Source: Halieaceae bacterium (lineage in GTDB: Bacteria > Pseudomonadota > Gammaproteobacteria > Pseudomonadales > Halieaceae). Taken from it: a stretch of DNA of 64,000 nucleotides. Each line of letters opens with the position of its first letter. The first letter of the stretch is position 1. The stretch lies in NCBI GenBank assembly GCA_039964455.1, contig JBDVXK010000010.1, positions 33,170-97,169 on the forward strand, given 5' to 3'. The position numbers and the translations under genes are program-made. This document shows, piece after piece, positions 17,281 to 28,681 of this stretch. The notes under the pieces were generated by a model. That model was not told the DNA's origin, did not search any database, and was given only the letters and a program-made list of their open reading frames with translations.

Positions 17281-17616
17281 CTAATCAGTCGATTCGCGAG
17301 CGGCTTTTTCGGCCAGCCCCGAAATGTCAAAGCGTTGCCGCAGGCACTCGGTAACTTCTTCCACGTCACCGTCCAGGTGTGACAGCATAACCATACAGTG
17401 GAACCAGAGATCGGCGACCTCGCCAACAAGTTCTTCCCGGGAGCCACCGGCAGCGACATCCTTGGCAGCCAGGATGACCTCAGTGGACTCTTCGCCCACC
17501 TTCTCCAATATCTTGTTCAACCCCTTCTCGTGCAGGCTGGCTACATAAGATTGCTCAGGGTCAGCTGTTCTCCGTTGGGCAAGAATAGCGGTGAGTTGCT
17601 GCAATACATCGCTCAT
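17281..17616 (-). CDS. hisE: Phosphoribosyl-ATP pyrophosphatase
   Basis: 111-aa ORF with the MazG-like HisE pattern ([31 protein letters not shown]...EVADLWFH). It overlaps hisI by 4 nt. Confidence 0.9.
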   Translation of the reverse strand: MSDVLQQLTAILAQRRTADPEQSYVASLHEKGLNKILEKVGEESTEVILAAKDVAAGGSREELVGEVADLWFHCMVMLSHLDGDVEEVTECLRQRFDISGLAEKAARESTD

Positions 17617-18014
17617 TGTTCTTTCCCATACAGTGTGGCCGGATCCTTCAGCACTTCTTCGGTAATGGTGATGCCGTCGTCATCAATGCGCTGGTAAAAA
17701 CAGTGCCTGCGCCCGGTGTGACAGGCGATACCGCCAATCTGCTCAACCTTTATAAGTACGGTATCGGCATCACAGTCGATACGCAATTCCTTCAGTTTCT
17801 GGACATTGCCGGACTCCTCGCCCTTGCGCCACAGCGCCTGCCTTGAGCGGGACCAGTAAATCGCGCGTTGTTCCGCCAGGGTTAAGCTCAGTGCCTCCCG
17901 GTTCATCCAGGCCAGCATCAGAACCTCACCAGTCTGCCAGTCCTGCGCTATCGCCGGTATCAGGCCCTGCTCGTTCCAGCTTATAAGTTGCTCAATGTCG
18001 TTCAGTTCAGTCAT
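17613..18014 (-). CDS. hisI: Phosphoribosyl-AMP cyclohydrolase
   Basis: 133-aa ORF with GLIPAIAQD...MLAWMN...[18 protein letters not shown]...DCD...CHTG motifs. Confidence 0.9.
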   Translation of the reverse strand: MTELNDIEQLISWNEQGLIPAIAQDWQTGEVLMLAWMNREALSLTLAEQRAIYWSRSRQALWRKGEESGNVQKLKELRIDCDADTVLIKVEQIGGIACHTGRRHCFYQRIDDDGITITEEVLKDPATLYGKEQ

Positions 18015-18066
18015 GGCGTCCGTCCGCGCGACCGCACATTATGGCACAGCGCGCCGATATCGGAAA

Positions 18067-19716
18067 TTAGCCGTCGCCCTTGCGCGGCCAGATTAGCGCA
18101 ATGGCCAGACCACCCAGTAGCCAGCTGGCGGCGGGGGCGCTGGCCAGGTGCTGCCAGCCGTTGGGAAATGCTGTAATGGCGGCTAGCACACAGGCAATAG
18201 CGGCCAGCATTTGACGTTTGCGTTGACGCCGATGATCCTGCGCTTGTGCTTCCATCTTGGCCACCAGGCGTTGCTGTTGCTGCAGGCGATCCTCACTCTC
18301 CCGCGAGTGCTGAAGGTTATCCAGTACTGCATCGGGCAGCTGCGGCAGTTGCTCCAGCCATGCGGGCGCATGCTGTTGCAGGCGCTTGAGCATGGACTGG
18401 GGCGAGTAGCGCTCCTGAATCCAGTTTTCGAGAAATGGCTGGGCGGTTTCCCAGAGGTTAAGTTCTGGATACAGCTGCCTGCCCAGGCCTTCAATATTCA
18501 GCAGGGTTTTCTGCAGCAATACCAGTGACGGTTGCACCTCCATGTCGAAGCGCCTTGCCGTGCGAAACAGGTACACCAGCAATTGGCCAAAGGAAATCTC
18601 ACTGATCGGTCGTTCGAACACCGGTTCACACACCGCGCGCAGTGCCGACTCGAAATCCTGAACCCGGGTTTGCGGTGGCACCCAGCCACACTCCACATGT
18701 AACTGTGCGACGGTGCGATAGTCGCGTTGGAAAATACCCAACAGGTTGCGCGCCAGATAGTACTGGTCGGCGTCGCTCAGGCTGCCGATGATCGCGCAGT
18801 CAACCGCGATATAAGATGGATCGCTGGGGTCGCTTGCATCCACGAAAATGTTACCCGGGTGCATATCGGCGTGAAAAAAACTGTCACGGAAAACCTGGGT
18901 GAAGAAAATTTCGACGCCGCGTTCCCCCAACACCTTCAGGTCTACGCCGCGCGCTCGCAGCGTATCCATGTCGGTGACCGGAATTCCGTTGATACGCTCC
19001 ATGGTGAACACGTTGCGACGGGTGTAATCCCAGTAAACTTCTGGCACGTAAACCAGATTGCTGTTTTCAAAGTTGCGGCGCAGCTGTGAGGCATTGGCAG
19101 CCTCTCTGGCGAGGTCCAGTTCATCGAGAATAGTCAGTTCGTAATCACTGACAACCTCGATCGGACGCAGCCTGCGACCATCCGGCAGGTATTTGTGCAC
19201 CAGTCGGGCCAGCGTCATCATCAACGCAATGTCCTGTCGTATGACGGGCTCGATGTCTGGCCGTACCACTTTAACAACGACGTGCTTGTCCCCCGTGAGC
19301 GTGGCTGCATGTACCTGCGCAACTGACGCAGATGCCATCGGCGTTCGCTCGAAACTGGTGTAGAGATCTTCTACCGGTTTGCCCAGGGCGGCTTCGATGA
19401 TGGCCACCGATTGTTCCTCGGGAAAGGGCGGTACTTCATCCTGCAGTCTGGCGAGTTCGTCAGCGATGTCCTCGGGTAGCAGGTCCCGTCGTGTCGACAG
19501 CATCTGGCCGAATTTGATGAATACCGGCCCCAGCTCTTCAAGCGCACAGCGTATTCTTTCACCACGATTAAGATCGGGGGCGCTTGCAAGTCGCCATGGG
19601 GATAGTTTCAGTGCGTAGCGAGGCAGAGCGGGTAGGTGGTCTTCGTCAACAAGCTCGTCAAGTCGATAGCGGCCGACGATGCGAAGTATGGTAGCCAGTC
19701 GTGTTAGGCGAGACAT
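18067..19716 (-). CDS. ubiB: Ubiquinone biosynthesis regulatory protein kinase UbiB (ABC1/ADCK family)
   Basis: 549-aa ORF with [23 protein letters not shown] and [10 protein letters not shown] motifs and C-terminal TM helices. It follows ubiE and ubiJ. Confidence 0.9.
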   Translation of the reverse strand: MSRLTRLATILRIVGRYRLDELVDEDHLPALPRYALKLSPWRLASAPDLNRGERIRCALEELGPVFIKFGQMLSTRRDLLPEDIADELARLQDEVPPFPEEQSVAIIEAALGKPVEDLYTSFERTPMASASVAQVHAATLTGDKHVVVKVVRPDIEPVIRQDIALMMTLARLVHKYLPDGRRLRPIEVVSDYELTILDELDLAREAANASQLRRNFENSNLVYVPEVYWDYTRRNVFTMERINGIPVTDMDTLRARGVDLKVLGERGVEIFFTQVFRDSFFHADMHPGNIFVDASDPSDPSYIAVDCAIIGSLSDADQYYLARNLLGIFQRDYRTVAQLHVECGWVPPQTRVQDFESALRAVCEPVFERPISEISFGQLLVYLFRTARRFDMEVQPSLVLLQKTLLNIEGLGRQLYPELNLWETAQPFLENWIQERYSPQSMLKRLQQHAPAWLEQLPQLPDAVLDNLQHSRESEDRLQQQQRLVAKMEAQAQDHRRQRKRQMLAAIACVLAAITAFPNGWQHLASAPAASWLLGGLAIALIWPRKGDG

Positions 19717-19723
19717 GACGATA

Positions 19724-20365
19724 TCAGGCCTTTATTCGATCGATTTTCTGGCGCAGCCTGCGGCTTCGCGATTCCAGCCTCTCAACCCGCAGCGATAATT
19801 CCTGTACATCACGATAGAAGTCATCGAGTTCCAGCCTTGGTGGGCTCAGCCTGCCTTCTTCGTGGATGAATTCCTCAAGCTGTCGCTCAAGGCTGATGCG
19901 TGTTTGACCGCCCCAGCTGAAACCCGCGCGCAGAATCTCTGCGAGCTGGTGACCAAGCACATCGCCCAGGCCATCGACCAGCGGTGCTTCCCAGTCGATG
20001 TCCAGGGTCCCCAGAATTTGCTGCAACTCCAGTAGCGGGGCGCTGTCGCCTTCCAGTTCCAGACCACCATTGATCAGGCTGGCGGCGGGGTCCTCAGATG
20101 TTGTCAGTTCGGTGAAGTCGGCCGCCGACCCTTTGACACGTGTAGTGACCGGCCCCTCGTAGATACCCATCAGCCGTACACCGTCTTTGACGGGTTGCAG
20201 GTACATGTCCAGAGGTGGCGAAGAACACTCCAGCGCGAATACGCAGTCTTCGAGTTCGGCGAGCTCTGCGCGGGCGCGCGGCGCTAGTTCCAGTGCCCGA
20301 TTGACGAGATTTTCCAGCGCAGCGATTGCACCGGTGTGCAGGGTCGGATTGATGCCGGGATTCAT
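19724..20365 (-). CDS. ubiJ: Ubiquinone biosynthesis accessory factor UbiJ (SCP2 domain)
   Basis: 213-aa ORF in the conserved position between ubiE and ubiB, with an SCP2-like N-terminal half and a coiled C-terminus. Confidence 0.75.
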   Translation of the reverse strand: MNPGINPTLHTGAIAALENLVNRALELAPRARAELAELEDCVFALECSSPPLDMYLQPVKDGVRLMGIYEGPVTTRVKGSAADFTELTTSEDPAASLINGGLELEGDSAPLLELQQILGTLDIDWEAPLVDGLGDVLGHQLAEILRAGFSWGGQTRISLERQLEEFIHEEGRLSPPRLELDDFYRDVQELSLRVERLESRSRRLRQKIDRIKA

Positions 20366-20366
20366 C

Positions 20367-21119
20367 TCAGGCCTTGATGCCTTTATGCAGGGCGACGATG
20401 CCCCCTGTCATGTCGTGGTACTCGCAGCGACTGAATCCGGCATCTTCCATCATGTCTTTCAATGTTTCCTGGTCCGGGTGCATGCGTATGGATTCGGCAA
20501 GGTATTGGTAGCTGTCGCTGTCATTGGCGACCAGCTTGCCCATGAAGGGCAAAACCCGAAAGGAGTAGGCGTCATAAGCCCGGCTGAGCAGAGGGTTACC
20601 AGGCTTGGAAAACTCCAGCACCAGCAACCTGCCGCCAGGCTTCAGGATGCGCAGCATGGAGCGCAGCGCCTTGTCCTTGTCGGTAACGTTGCGCAAGCCA
20701 AAGGCGATGGTGACGCAGTCAAAGCTGTCGTCCGGAAATGGCAGGTCCTGGGCATCGGCCTGCACAAACTCGATATTGGCCTGCCTGCCGGTGTCCAGCA
20801 GTTTGTCGCGACCCACCTCCAGCATCGCGCCGTTAATGTCGGCGAGTACCACCCGGCCTCCCGGACCAACAATGTCAGCAAAGCGGGCGGCGAGATCACC
20901 GGTGCCGCCAGCGATATCCAGCACGGCGTTGTTTTTGCGCACACCACTCAATTCAATGGTGAAGCGCTTCCACAGGCGGTGTATACCGACCGACATGAGG
21001 TCGTTCATCACGTCATAGCGTGCGGCCACTGAATCAAAAACGTCGGCGACAAGGCCGGCTTTGGCGTCCTTGTCGACTTGCTGGTAACCGAAGTGGGTGG
21101 TGTCTTTTTCGCTGCTCAT
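20367..21119 (-). CDS. ubiE: Demethylmenaquinone/ubiquinone C-methyltransferase UbiE
   Basis: 250-aa ORF with [23 protein letters not shown] and SAM motif [12 protein letters not shown]. Confidence 0.95.
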   Translation of the reverse strand: MSSEKDTTHFGYQQVDKDAKAGLVADVFDSVAARYDVMNDLMSVGIHRLWKRFTIELSGVRKNNAVLDIAGGTGDLAARFADIVGPGGRVVLADINGAMLEVGRDKLLDTGRQANIEFVQADAQDLPFPDDSFDCVTIAFGLRNVTDKDKALRSMLRILKPGGRLLVLEFSKPGNPLLSRAYDAYSFRVLPFMGKLVANDSDSYQYLAESIRMHPDQETLKDMMEDAGFSRCEYHDMTGGIVALHKGIKA

Positions 21120-21190
21120 AGCGATCCTGCTTTCCTGATGGCGAGCACATTGTAACGCGATGGAGAAGTTTTGGTCAGGCGGGGGAAATA

Positions 21191-21583
21191 TCAGGGGTCG
21201 AACTGGATAACCTGCACGTCGGGGTCGCGTGTTTGTCCGGCAGCAGCCAGCTTATCCAGGTAGGCCTGCCACCAGGCCTGCTGATTGATGCATAGCTCGT
21301 AAAGGTAAGACCATGAATACAGACCGGTATCGTGGCCATCGTCAAATACCAGTTGCAGGGCGTAGTGTCCCACCGGCTGGATTGCTTTGATGTTGACCTT
21401 GGCCTTGCCGGTCTGCAGAACCTCCTTTCCCGGCCCGTGTCCGCGTACCTCGGCAGAGGGGGAGAAGACGCGCAAATACTCGCAGCTCAGGGAGTAGGAC
21501 TCACCATTGGCGTAATCCAGTGCCAGCTGGCGCGAGCGACTGTGAAGGTTGATACCGGTAGGGCGTTGATCAGTGTCTGTCAT
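21191..21583 (-). CDS. DUF971 (gamma-butyrobetaine hydroxylase-like N-terminal domain) protein
   Basis: 130-aa ORF with [16 protein letters not shown]...[26 protein letters not shown], typical of DUF971. Confidence 0.8.
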   Translation of the reverse strand: MTDTDQRPTGINLHSRSRQLALDYANGESYSLSCEYLRVFSPSAEVRGHGPGKEVLQTGKAKVNIKAIQPVGHYALQLVFDDGHDTGLYSWSYLYELCINQQAWWQAYLDKLAAAGQTRDPDVQVIQFDP

Positions 21584-21591
21584 GCTGATGC

Positions 21592-22914
21592 CTAGAGAAT
21601 GAAGCGCGACAGGTCTTCGTCCGCGCTCAATTCGGCCAGTTGGGCGTCTACATAGTCAGCATCGATTTTAATCGCCTCCCCCTGCAAACCTGTATCGGCA
21701 GCGCTAAACGAGACGTGCTCCAGCAAACGCTCCATCACCGTGTGCAACCTGCGTGCACCGATGTTTTCCGTGCGCTCATTGACCTGCCAGGCTGTTTCGG
21801 CGATTCGGCTGAGGCCATCGGTAGTGAAACTGATGTTGAGCCCCTCGGTAGCCAACAGGGCCTGATATTGCTCGGTCAAGGAGGCGTCCGGCTCGGTCAG
21901 AATCCGTTCAAAATCCTCCGGGCTCAGCGCATTGAGTTCGACGCGTATAGGCAGGCGGCCCTGTAATTCCGGGATCAGGTCAGAGGGCTTGGCCAGATGA
22001 AATGCACCAGAGGCGATAAAGAGGATGTGGTCTGTCTTGATCATGCCGTGCTTGGTGCTCACGGTGGAGCCTTCGATCAGCGGCAGCAAATCGCGCTGTA
22101 CCCCTTCCCGGGACACGTCAGCACCCGCGCCTTCGCTGCGCTTGGCGACCTTGTCCAGCTCATCGATAAACACGATGCCATTTTGTTCTGCAGCATTGAT
22201 GGCTTTTTGCTTCAACTCATCTTCGTTAACCATTTTCGAGGCTTCTTCATCGCACAGGGCTTCGAAGGCGGCCTTGACCGTCAACTTGCTGGTTTTGGTT
22301 TGCTGGCGAGACATATTTGAAAACATACTTTGCAGCTGGTCGGTCATCTCCTCCATGCCGGGGGGCGCCATGATCTCTACCCCGGCCGGCTTGCTGCTGA
22401 GCTCCAATTCGATTTCCTTGTCGTCGAGATCACCCTCGCGCAACTTTTTACGCAGCAATTGTCTAGTGCTGGAGTTGCTGTCGGTTTCGCTGTCGCGTGC
22501 TGGCGGCAGCAGAACATCCAGTATGCGCTCCTCAGCGGACTCCTCGGCCAGCGATCGCACCCGCAGCATCTCCTGTTCGCGGTAGAGCTTTAAAGCCATG
22601 TCGACGAGATCGCGAATAATCGATTCCACATCCCTGCCCACATAGCCTACTTCCGTAAACTTGGTAGCTTCCACCTTTACAAACGGCGCATTGGCCAGCT
22701 TGGCGAGACGGCGGGCAATTTCCGTTTTGCCAACCCCGGTGGGGCCTATCATAAGAATATTTTTGGGCGTGATTTCACTGCGCAGCGCTTCTTCCAGCTG
22801 CATGCGTCGCCAGCGATTACGCAGGGCGATTGCCACTGCCCGCTTGGCGTCTTCCTGACCGATGATGTGTTTGTCGAGCTCGTGAACGATCTCGCGGGGT
22901 GTCATGTTGGACAT
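21592..22914 (-). CDS. hslU: ATP-dependent protease ATPase subunit HslU
   Basis: 440-aa ORF beginning [17 protein letters not shown], with Walker [16 protein letters not shown] and IVFIDELDK. Confidence 0.95.
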   Translation of the reverse strand: MSNMTPREIVHELDKHIIGQEDAKRAVAIALRNRWRRMQLEEALRSEITPKNILMIGPTGVGKTEIARRLAKLANAPFVKVEATKFTEVGYVGRDVESIIRDLVDMALKLYREQEMLRVRSLAEESAEERILDVLLPPARDSETDSNSSTRQLLRKKLREGDLDDKEIELELSSKPAGVEIMAPPGMEEMTDQLQSMFSNMSRQQTKTSKLTVKAAFEALCDEEASKMVNEDELKQKAINAAEQNGIVFIDELDKVAKRSEGAGADVSREGVQRDLLPLIEGSTVSTKHGMIKTDHILFIASGAFHLAKPSDLIPELQGRLPIRVELNALSPEDFERILTEPDASLTEQYQALLATEGLNISFTTDGLSRIAETAWQVNERTENIGARRLHTVMERLLEHVSFSAADTGLQGEAIKIDADYVDAQLAELSADEDLSRFIL

Positions 22915-23454
22915 TCAGAAATCCAGTTGTTCGATGGTTTGATTGTGGTTGGTGTAAATGCAGATATCGCCCGCGATAGAAAGGCCTCGTTCCACGATGT
23001 CGCGTGCCCCTAACTCGGTATTATCGATAAGCGCTCTCGCCGCCGCCTGAGCGAATGAGCCGCCGGAGCCTATAGCGATGAGGTTGTCTTCTGGCTCGAT
23101 GACATCCCCGTTGCCGGAGATGACCAGCGAGGTGTCTTTATCGGCAACCGCCAATAGTGCTTCCAATTGCCGCAGGGCCCGCTCCGTGCGCCAGGCTTTT
23201 GCCAGCTCTACCGCCGCCCTGACCAGGTGACCCTGGTGTTTGTCGAGTTGCGCCTCGAACAGTTCGAATAATGTGAAGGCATCAGCGGTACCGCCGGCGA
23301 AGCCTGCCAGTACCTGGTCCTTGTAAAGGCGTCTTACCTTGCGGGCGTTGCCTTTCATCACGGTATTACCCATGGATACCTGCCCGTCGCCGCCAATGAC
23401 CACGGTGTTACCCCTGCGCACAGACAGGATGGTCGTACCTCTGAATTGTTCCAC
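22915..23454 (-). CDS. hslV: ATP-dependent protease subunit HslV
   Basis: 179-aa ORF with the catalytic N-terminal TTILSVRR motif, directly upstream of hslU. Confidence 0.95.
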   Translation of the reverse strand: MEQFRGTTILSVRRGNTVVIGGDGQVSMGNTVMKGNARKVRRLYKDQVLAGFAGGTADAFTLFELFEAQLDKHQGHLVRAAVELAKAWRTERALRQLEALLAVADKDTSLVISGNGDVIEPEDNLIAIGSGGSFAQAAARALIDNTELGARDIVERGLSIAGDICIYTNHNQTIEQLDF

Positions 23455-23516
23455 AGTGTTTCTCCGGAGTTGTCAGGCAGATATGGTGGTGCCCGGCTGA
23501 ACTTTCAAGCCCCTGG

Positions 23517-24095
23517 TCAGGGTGTGCCGCGTTTGAGCAGTAGCGTGTCTATATTTTGGGCCGCGGTCAGGCTGCGGGCTTTCGACATAGCGGAGCGGCT
23601 GGCGAATGGTCCCACATAGACCCGAAACCACTGTCCGTTATCGCCGTTGGTTTCTTCTACTTTGGGTTCCAGGCCCAGTAGCAGTAATTCTGCGCGCCGC
23701 CGGTCGGCGTCGTCCCGCTGGCGAAACGAGCCCGCCTGCAGGAGGTAGGCTTCGCTGCTGGCACTGGTGCGGGTCTGGGTGACTTCCGCCGGATCGACGT
23801 CCACCTCGATCTTCCTCTCGGGTAATAGGGTGTAAAAGTCAAAACGCGGCTTGGGTTTGCTGCTTGTCTCTGGCTCGCCCGCAACAGCTACCGGTTCAGC
23901 GCCAGGCTCCGCGGGTAAGGTAGCCATGTAGAGTACAAAACTGAGGAACAGGCCGCTGGCCAGACCGGCACCATACCAGCGCCATGGGCTGGCATGCTGA
24001 GTCTTTGCCGGAGCCGCTTTTTTGCGTGCCGGTGCTTTTTTTCGGGCTGGCTTTGGCGGGGAGCTCTTGCGTTGCTTGGCGTAATCCTTGGCCAT
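23517..24095 (-). CDS. SPOR domain-containing cell-division-associated protein
   Basis: 192-aa ORF with a basic N-terminus, one TM helix, a Pro/Glu-rich linker and a C-terminal SPOR-like domain (AYLLQAGSFRQRDDADRRRAELLLLG...WFRVYVGPF). Confidence 0.75.
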   Translation of the reverse strand: MAKDYAKQRKSSPPKPARKKAPARKKAAPAKTQHASPWRWYGAGLASGLFLSFVLYMATLPAEPGAEPVAVAGEPETSSKPKPRFDFYTLLPERKIEVDVDPAEVTQTRTSASSEAYLLQAGSFRQRDDADRRRAELLLLGLEPKVEETNGDNGQWFRVYVGPFASRSAMSKARSLTAAQNIDTLLLKRGTP

Positions 24096-24097
24096 GG

Positions 24098-25783
24098 CTA
24101 CATTGACTCCGGGGCGCTAACGCCCAGCAGGTCCAGGCCGTTGGCTATAACCTGACGCACCGCTTCACTCAGCGCCAGACGGGCATCCCGCAGTGGCTGG
24201 TCGTCCACCAGCATTTTATGCGCGTTGTAGTAGGTGTGAAACTCCGCTGCCAGATCGCGCAGGTAGTTGGCGATGGTGTGCGGTTCGTTGTTGGCTGCGG
24301 CATTGGCAACGACTTCCGGATATTGGTCCAGCCTACGCATCAATGCTTTCTCGTGTTCTTCGGTGAGCTGGTCCAGGTGGGTCAACGCACTGTCGCCATG
24401 CCACTGCCAGCCTTGCTCTGCCAGCTTGCGCCTGACGCTGCAAACGCGGGCGTGAGCATACTGAATGTAGTACACAGGGTTGTCGTTGCTCTGTGATAGC
24501 GCCAGATCGATATCGAAAGTCAGCTGCGAACTGGGGCCACGTGCCACCAAAAAGTAGCGGGTAGCGTCACAGCCCACTTCGTCGACCAGATCCCTCAGTG
24601 TGACGTAGCTGCCGGCCCGCTTGGACAATTTAACTTCCTGCCCGTCACGCATCACAGTAACCATCTGGTGCAGGACATAGTCAGGCCACCCCTGCGGGAT
24701 GCCCTCGTCCAGCGCCTGCAGCCCGGCTCTTACCCGAGTAACGGTGCTATGGTGATCGGCGCCTTGCTCGTTGATGACGCGTTCGAAGCCGCGCTGCCAT
24801 TTATTCTTGTGATAGGCGACATCGGGCAGGAAGTAGGTATAACCGCCATCGGATTTGCGCATCACACGATCTTTGTCGTCACCAAATTCGGTAGTTCTCA
24901 GCCAGAGCGCACCCTCTTTCTCATAGGTCTGGTTGTTTTCGATCAACCTGGCGACTGTTCTCTCCACATCGCCCTGGCTATAGAGGTCGGACTCGAGAAA
25001 GTAGTTGTCGAAGTGGACAGCGAAAGCTTTCAGATCCAGGTCCTGTTCCCTGCGCAGGTAGGCGACGCTGAAGCGCCTGATGGCATCCAGGTCCTCGCCA
25101 TCGCCGGCAGCTTCCACGTGTTGATCCTCGGCGTCCACCTTGTCACCGCGCAGATAGGCTTGTGCCACTTCGCTGATGTAGTCTCCGCGGTAGCCATCTT
25201 CCGGCCAGCTGTCATCATCGGGCCCCAGCCCGCGGCAGCGTGCCTGAACCGACAGTGCGAGATTGTTGATCTGTTGCCCCGCATCGTTGTAATAGAACTC
25301 GCTGGCTACATCCCAACCGGTGGCTACCAGTAGCCGGCAGATGCTGTCGCCTACCGCTGCGCCGCGGCCATGGCCTACATGCAAAGGACCGGTGGGGTTA
25401 GCAGAGACAAATTCAACCTGTACTTTGCGTCCGGCGCCGGTGGTTGATTTACCAAAGTCCACGCCCTGACTCAGCACCCGGCTGATCACCGCCTGACTGC
25501 TGTCCTGTGACAGCGTGAAATTGATGAACCCTGGCCCCGCCACTTCTGCTTTCGCGAGGAACTGAGCCTCCGGCAGGGCGGCACAAATCATGTCGGCCAA
25601 TTCTCTGGGATTTTTGCGCGCGGATTTGGCCAGGGTCATGGCTATATTACTGGCCAGGTCGCCGTGGCTTTTATCCCGGGTGCGATCAATCTGGATAGTC
25701 GGCTGGGAATCCTCTGGCAGAATGCCCTGTGTCATCAGCGTATCCAGTGCTTGCTGGATGAGCTGGGTGAGTTCTTGCTTCAT
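24098..25783 (-). CDS. argS: Arginine--tRNA ligase
   Basis: 561-aa ORF with class I HIGH-type motif [13 protein letters not shown] and an anticodon-binding C-terminus. Confidence 0.95.
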   Translation of the reverse strand: MKQELTQLIQQALDTLMTQGILPEDSQPTIQIDRTRDKSHGDLASNIAMTLAKSARKNPRELADMICAALPEAQFLAKAEVAGPGFINFTLSQDSSQAVISRVLSQGVDFGKSTTGAGRKVQVEFVSANPTGPLHVGHGRGAAVGDSICRLLVATGWDVASEFYYNDAGQQINNLALSVQARCRGLGPDDDSWPEDGYRGDYISEVAQAYLRGDKVDAEDQHVEAAGDGEDLDAIRRFSVAYLRREQDLDLKAFAVHFDNYFLESDLYSQGDVERTVARLIENNQTYEKEGALWLRTTEFGDDKDRVMRKSDGGYTYFLPDVAYHKNKWQRGFERVINEQGADHHSTVTRVRAGLQALDEGIPQGWPDYVLHQMVTVMRDGQEVKLSKRAGSYVTLRDLVDEVGCDATRYFLVARGPSSQLTFDIDLALSQSNDNPVYYIQYAHARVCSVRRKLAEQGWQWHGDSALTHLDQLTEEHEKALMRRLDQYPEVVANAAANNEPHTIANYLRDLAAEFHTYYNAHKMLVDDQPLRDARLALSEAVRQVIANGLDLLGVSAPESM

Positions 25784-25876
25784 GGTGGGGGAGCTTACCT
25801 GGTTTGATCAGTGGGTGGCTGCTCGAGCCGCGGGTATTATCGCTGTATCGGCAGCAGATGACCAGTTGCAGCCCAT

Positions 25877-28066
25877 TTACATGACCTCCTGTGGGTCGAT
25901 ATCGATGCTCCACTTGAGGTCGCCAGAGGCTCGCAGGCCGGTCGCGTGTTTTACCAGCGCGCTGGCGCAGTGCTGCAGTGCGCTGCGAGTTTTGCCCATT
26001 ACCATCAATTGGCTGCGAAATTTACCTGCGCGACGGGGCATAGCCGAGGGCAGGGGGCCAACAATGGTACAGCCGTCGGGCAGTGCTCTTTCGCTGGCCT
26101 GACGTAATTGCTGCAAAAAGCGCTCGCCCACAGATTGGTCCGAGCAATCTGTACGCACCATCAGCAGCTGTCCGTAGGGCGGCATTCCTGATGCCTGGCG
26201 GGTTGTCAGCATTGCCCTTGCCTGGTCGGCAAAAGGTGTGTTGATCATGGCCAGCACCGCGGGGTGGTCGGGATAATGGGTTTGCATAATCACCTGACCG
26301 CCGGTTTCGGCGCGACCTGCTCGCCCTGCTACCTGGGTGAGTAGTTGGGCCATGCGTTCCTCGCCGCGAAAATCAGCACTGAACAACAGCGCATCGGCGT
26401 CGATGATGCCGATGAGGCTGACGTTGGGAAAATGATGGCCCTTGGTGAGCATCTGGGTGCCAAGAAGAATGCAGGGTTCAGCACTGTTTACACGATCAAC
26501 CAATGCGGCCATCGCATCGCGTCCCTGAATGGTGTCGCTGTCCACCCGGTGGATCGCGATGCCAGGGAACAGCGATAGCAGCGTATCTTCGGTTTGCTCT
26601 GTCCCCAGGCCCTGGGTTAACAGTCGATTACTGCGGCATTCCGGGCACTGGCTGGGCAGTGCCCGGCGGCTATTGCAATGGTGGCAGCGCAATTGCCGCT
26701 GTCGCCTGTGGACAGTGAGGCGTGCGTCGCAGGCGCTGCATTCGGCGAGCCAGCCGCAGTCGTGACAAAGAACGCTGGCAGCGTATCCCCTGCGATTAAG
26801 GAACAGCAGGACCTGTTCACGGCGGCCCAGTGCGCCTTTAACGGCATCGATCAGCCCGGCTGACAATCCCGCCTGTAATGGCTGGCCGCGCACGTCTTCG
26901 GTGCGTATTACGGGAAGCGTGCCGCTGCCGGCCCGCGCACAGAGCTGTGGGTGCTGGTAGCGCCCCTGCAGGGCATTGTGCAGAGACTCCAGCGAGGGGG
27001 TGGCACTGCCCAAGAGCACCGGGCAGCCCTCTAACTGGGCGCGTTTTACCGCGACGTCACGCGCCGAATAGCGGAAGCCGTCCTGCTGCTTGTAGGATCC
27101 GTCGTGCTCCTCGTCAACGATGATTACCCCGGGATTGTGCAAGGGTGTAAACACAGCCGAGCGGGTCCCTATGATGATGTCGGCGCGGCCATCCCGGGCG
27201 GCCTCCCATGCCTGATAACGCTGTAATTCGGTAAGACCGGAATGGAAAACCGCGATTCGGGCATCAAAGCGCTGCTCAAATCGGCCCAGTGTCTGTGGCG
27301 TCAGGCCGATTTCGGGAATCAGTACCAATGCCTGCTGCCCCGCTGCCAGGCACTGCGCAATGAGCTGCAGGTAGACTTCGGTTTTGCCCGAGCCAGTGAC
27401 ACCTTCCAGCAGGTGGCAGCTGAATGAGCCCAGCGCAGTTTGTAATGCCGACAGGGCGGCAGCTTGCTCCTCATTCAGGGTCAACCCCGGCCGTGCAACA
27501 GGTGGTTGATGGGCTGCCTGCAGGCTGATTTCCTCAATGAGCCCTTTATCGCGCAATGACCGCAGTATAGGAGTGGAGGCTCCGGCAGTGGTCAATGCTT
27601 CCTGACTGGCTTGCGACTGTGCCTGCAGCAGGGCCAGCGCCGCTGCCTGCTTTGGCGCCCGGGACAGTGCGTCAGCGGGTAGGCCCTTTCCCCGGACACT
27701 GAGCTGCCATCCGCGTACACCGGTATCCAGCTGATCCTTGCCTTGGCGCAGGCGTGGCGGAAATGCGGCGGCAAACACTTCCCCGGGAGGGTGGTGGTAG
27801 TAGCGCGCAGCCCAGTCGCACAGAGCAATGGTATTGGGGTTAAGCAGGGAATTGGCGTCCAGAACGGCGTTGGCCGCTTTTAGCCGGGCCTCATCCTGGT
27901 CGCTGTGCGACACAACCTCCACCAGATAGCCGGTCATCTGCCTGGAGCCAAAGGGTACTTGCAGCCTGGTACCGGCCTTTAAATCGCCGATATTGGTGCC
28001 GGCGGGGGGCAGGTAATCGAACAGCTGTCTCAGGGGGGTGGGGATAGCGAGGCGAAGGATGGACAT
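25877..28066 (-). CDS. priA: Primosomal replication protein N' (PriA helicase)
   Basis: 729-aa ORF with Walker A GVTGSGKTEV, IIVDEEHD and the Cys-rich zinc insertion CHDCGWLAECSACDARL...CHHCNS...CPEC. Confidence 0.95.
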   Translation of the reverse strand: MSILRLAIPTPLRQLFDYLPPAGTNIGDLKAGTRLQVPFGSRQMTGYLVEVVSHSDQDEARLKAANAVLDANSLLNPNTIALCDWAARYYHHPPGEVFAAAFPPRLRQGKDQLDTGVRGWQLSVRGKGLPADALSRAPKQAAALALLQAQSQASQEALTTAGASTPILRSLRDKGLIEEISLQAAHQPPVARPGLTLNEEQAAALSALQTALGSFSCHLLEGVTGSGKTEVYLQLIAQCLAAGQQALVLIPEIGLTPQTLGRFEQRFDARIAVFHSGLTELQRYQAWEAARDGRADIIIGTRSAVFTPLHNPGVIIVDEEHDGSYKQQDGFRYSARDVAVKRAQLEGCPVLLGSATPSLESLHNALQGRYQHPQLCARAGSGTLPVIRTEDVRGQPLQAGLSAGLIDAVKGALGRREQVLLFLNRRGYAASVLCHDCGWLAECSACDARLTVHRRQRQLRCHHCNSRRALPSQCPECRSNRLLTQGLGTEQTEDTLLSLFPGIAIHRVDSDTIQGRDAMAALVDRVNSAEPCILLGTQMLTKGHHFPNVSLIGIIDADALLFSADFRGEERMAQLLTQVAGRAGRAETGGQVIMQTHYPDHPAVLAMINTPFADQARAMLTTRQASGMPPYGQLLMVRTDCSDQSVGERFLQQLRQASERALPDGCTIVGPLPSAMPRRAGKFRSQLMVMGKTRSALQHCASALVKHATGLRASGDLKWSIDIDPQEVM

Positions 28067-28120
28067 TACGCCCCTTGGTTGACAGCAAATTTAGTGGTGA
28101 TCGGCCATTGTAGCAAAAGA

Positions 28121-28148
28121 AATTAAGGACTTGCGTATGGCGCTTCGT
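28121..28148 (+). promoter_or_regulatory. Putative sigma70 promoter of rpmE
   Basis: TTGCGT at 28121-28126, a 16-nt spacer, then TAAGAT at 28143-28148. This would leave a ~110-nt leader. Confidence 0.35.
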
Positions 28149-28267
28149 CTGTTAAGATGCCCGCCTATTTTTTGACCGGCACCTCTTTGGGGCAGGCCAT
28201 CTCCAGTATCAGGTGCGGTGCTCAACAAGAGATTGAGTGGCGGTACCACTAGCAAGGAGTACAGGTA

Positions 28268-28495
28268 ATGAAAGCTGATATACACCCTAAGTACGATGAT
28301 GTCACAGCGACGTGCAGCTGTGGCAATACGATACAAACCCGCTCAACTCTGGGCGAGGATTTCCACATCGACGTATGTTCCAATTGCCACCCATTCTTCA
28401 CCGGCAAGCAGAAGATCGTTGATAGCGGTGGTCGTGTTGATCGCTTCAACAAGCGTTTTGGCAACCGTGGCGGGAAGGCTAAGGAAGAAAGCTAG
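28268..28495 (+). CDS. rpmE: 50S ribosomal protein L31 (zinc-binding type A)
   Basis: 75-aa [12 protein letters not shown]...CSCGN...[18 protein letters not shown] lies upstream. Confidence 0.95.
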   Translation: MKADIHPKYDDVTATCSCGNTIQTRSTLGEDFHIDVCSNCHPFFTGKQKIVDSGGRVDRFNKRFGNRGGKAKEES

Positions 28496-28520
28496 CCGAA
28501 GCATAGGCGAGTTGAAAAGA

Positions 28521-28554
28521 AACGCTGGGACCTCACGGGACCGGCGTTTTTTTT
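28521..28554 (+). terminator. Rho-independent terminator after rpmE
   Basis: AACGCTGG ... CCGGCGTT stem (one G-U pair, with an internal loop); its closing T's start an 8-T run (28547-28554). Confidence 0.6.
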
Positions 28555-28681
28555 GGCCCTGTGAAAGGGGTTGGGCGGTCCGCGCTGTGTGCATACGTCA
28601 CCTTGTTACACCCCGGCCTTTTCTATATCCTCAACGCCCTTTTTAGCTTCCCTCACTGTTTAAACTGCACAGAGAAAGATT

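Noticed and set aside
20187-21032. 281-aa plus-strand ORF
   Set aside because: It is antisense to ubiJ and ubiE and is a shadow ORF.
24668-25333. 221-aa plus-strand ORF
   Set aside because: It is antisense to argS and is a shadow ORF.
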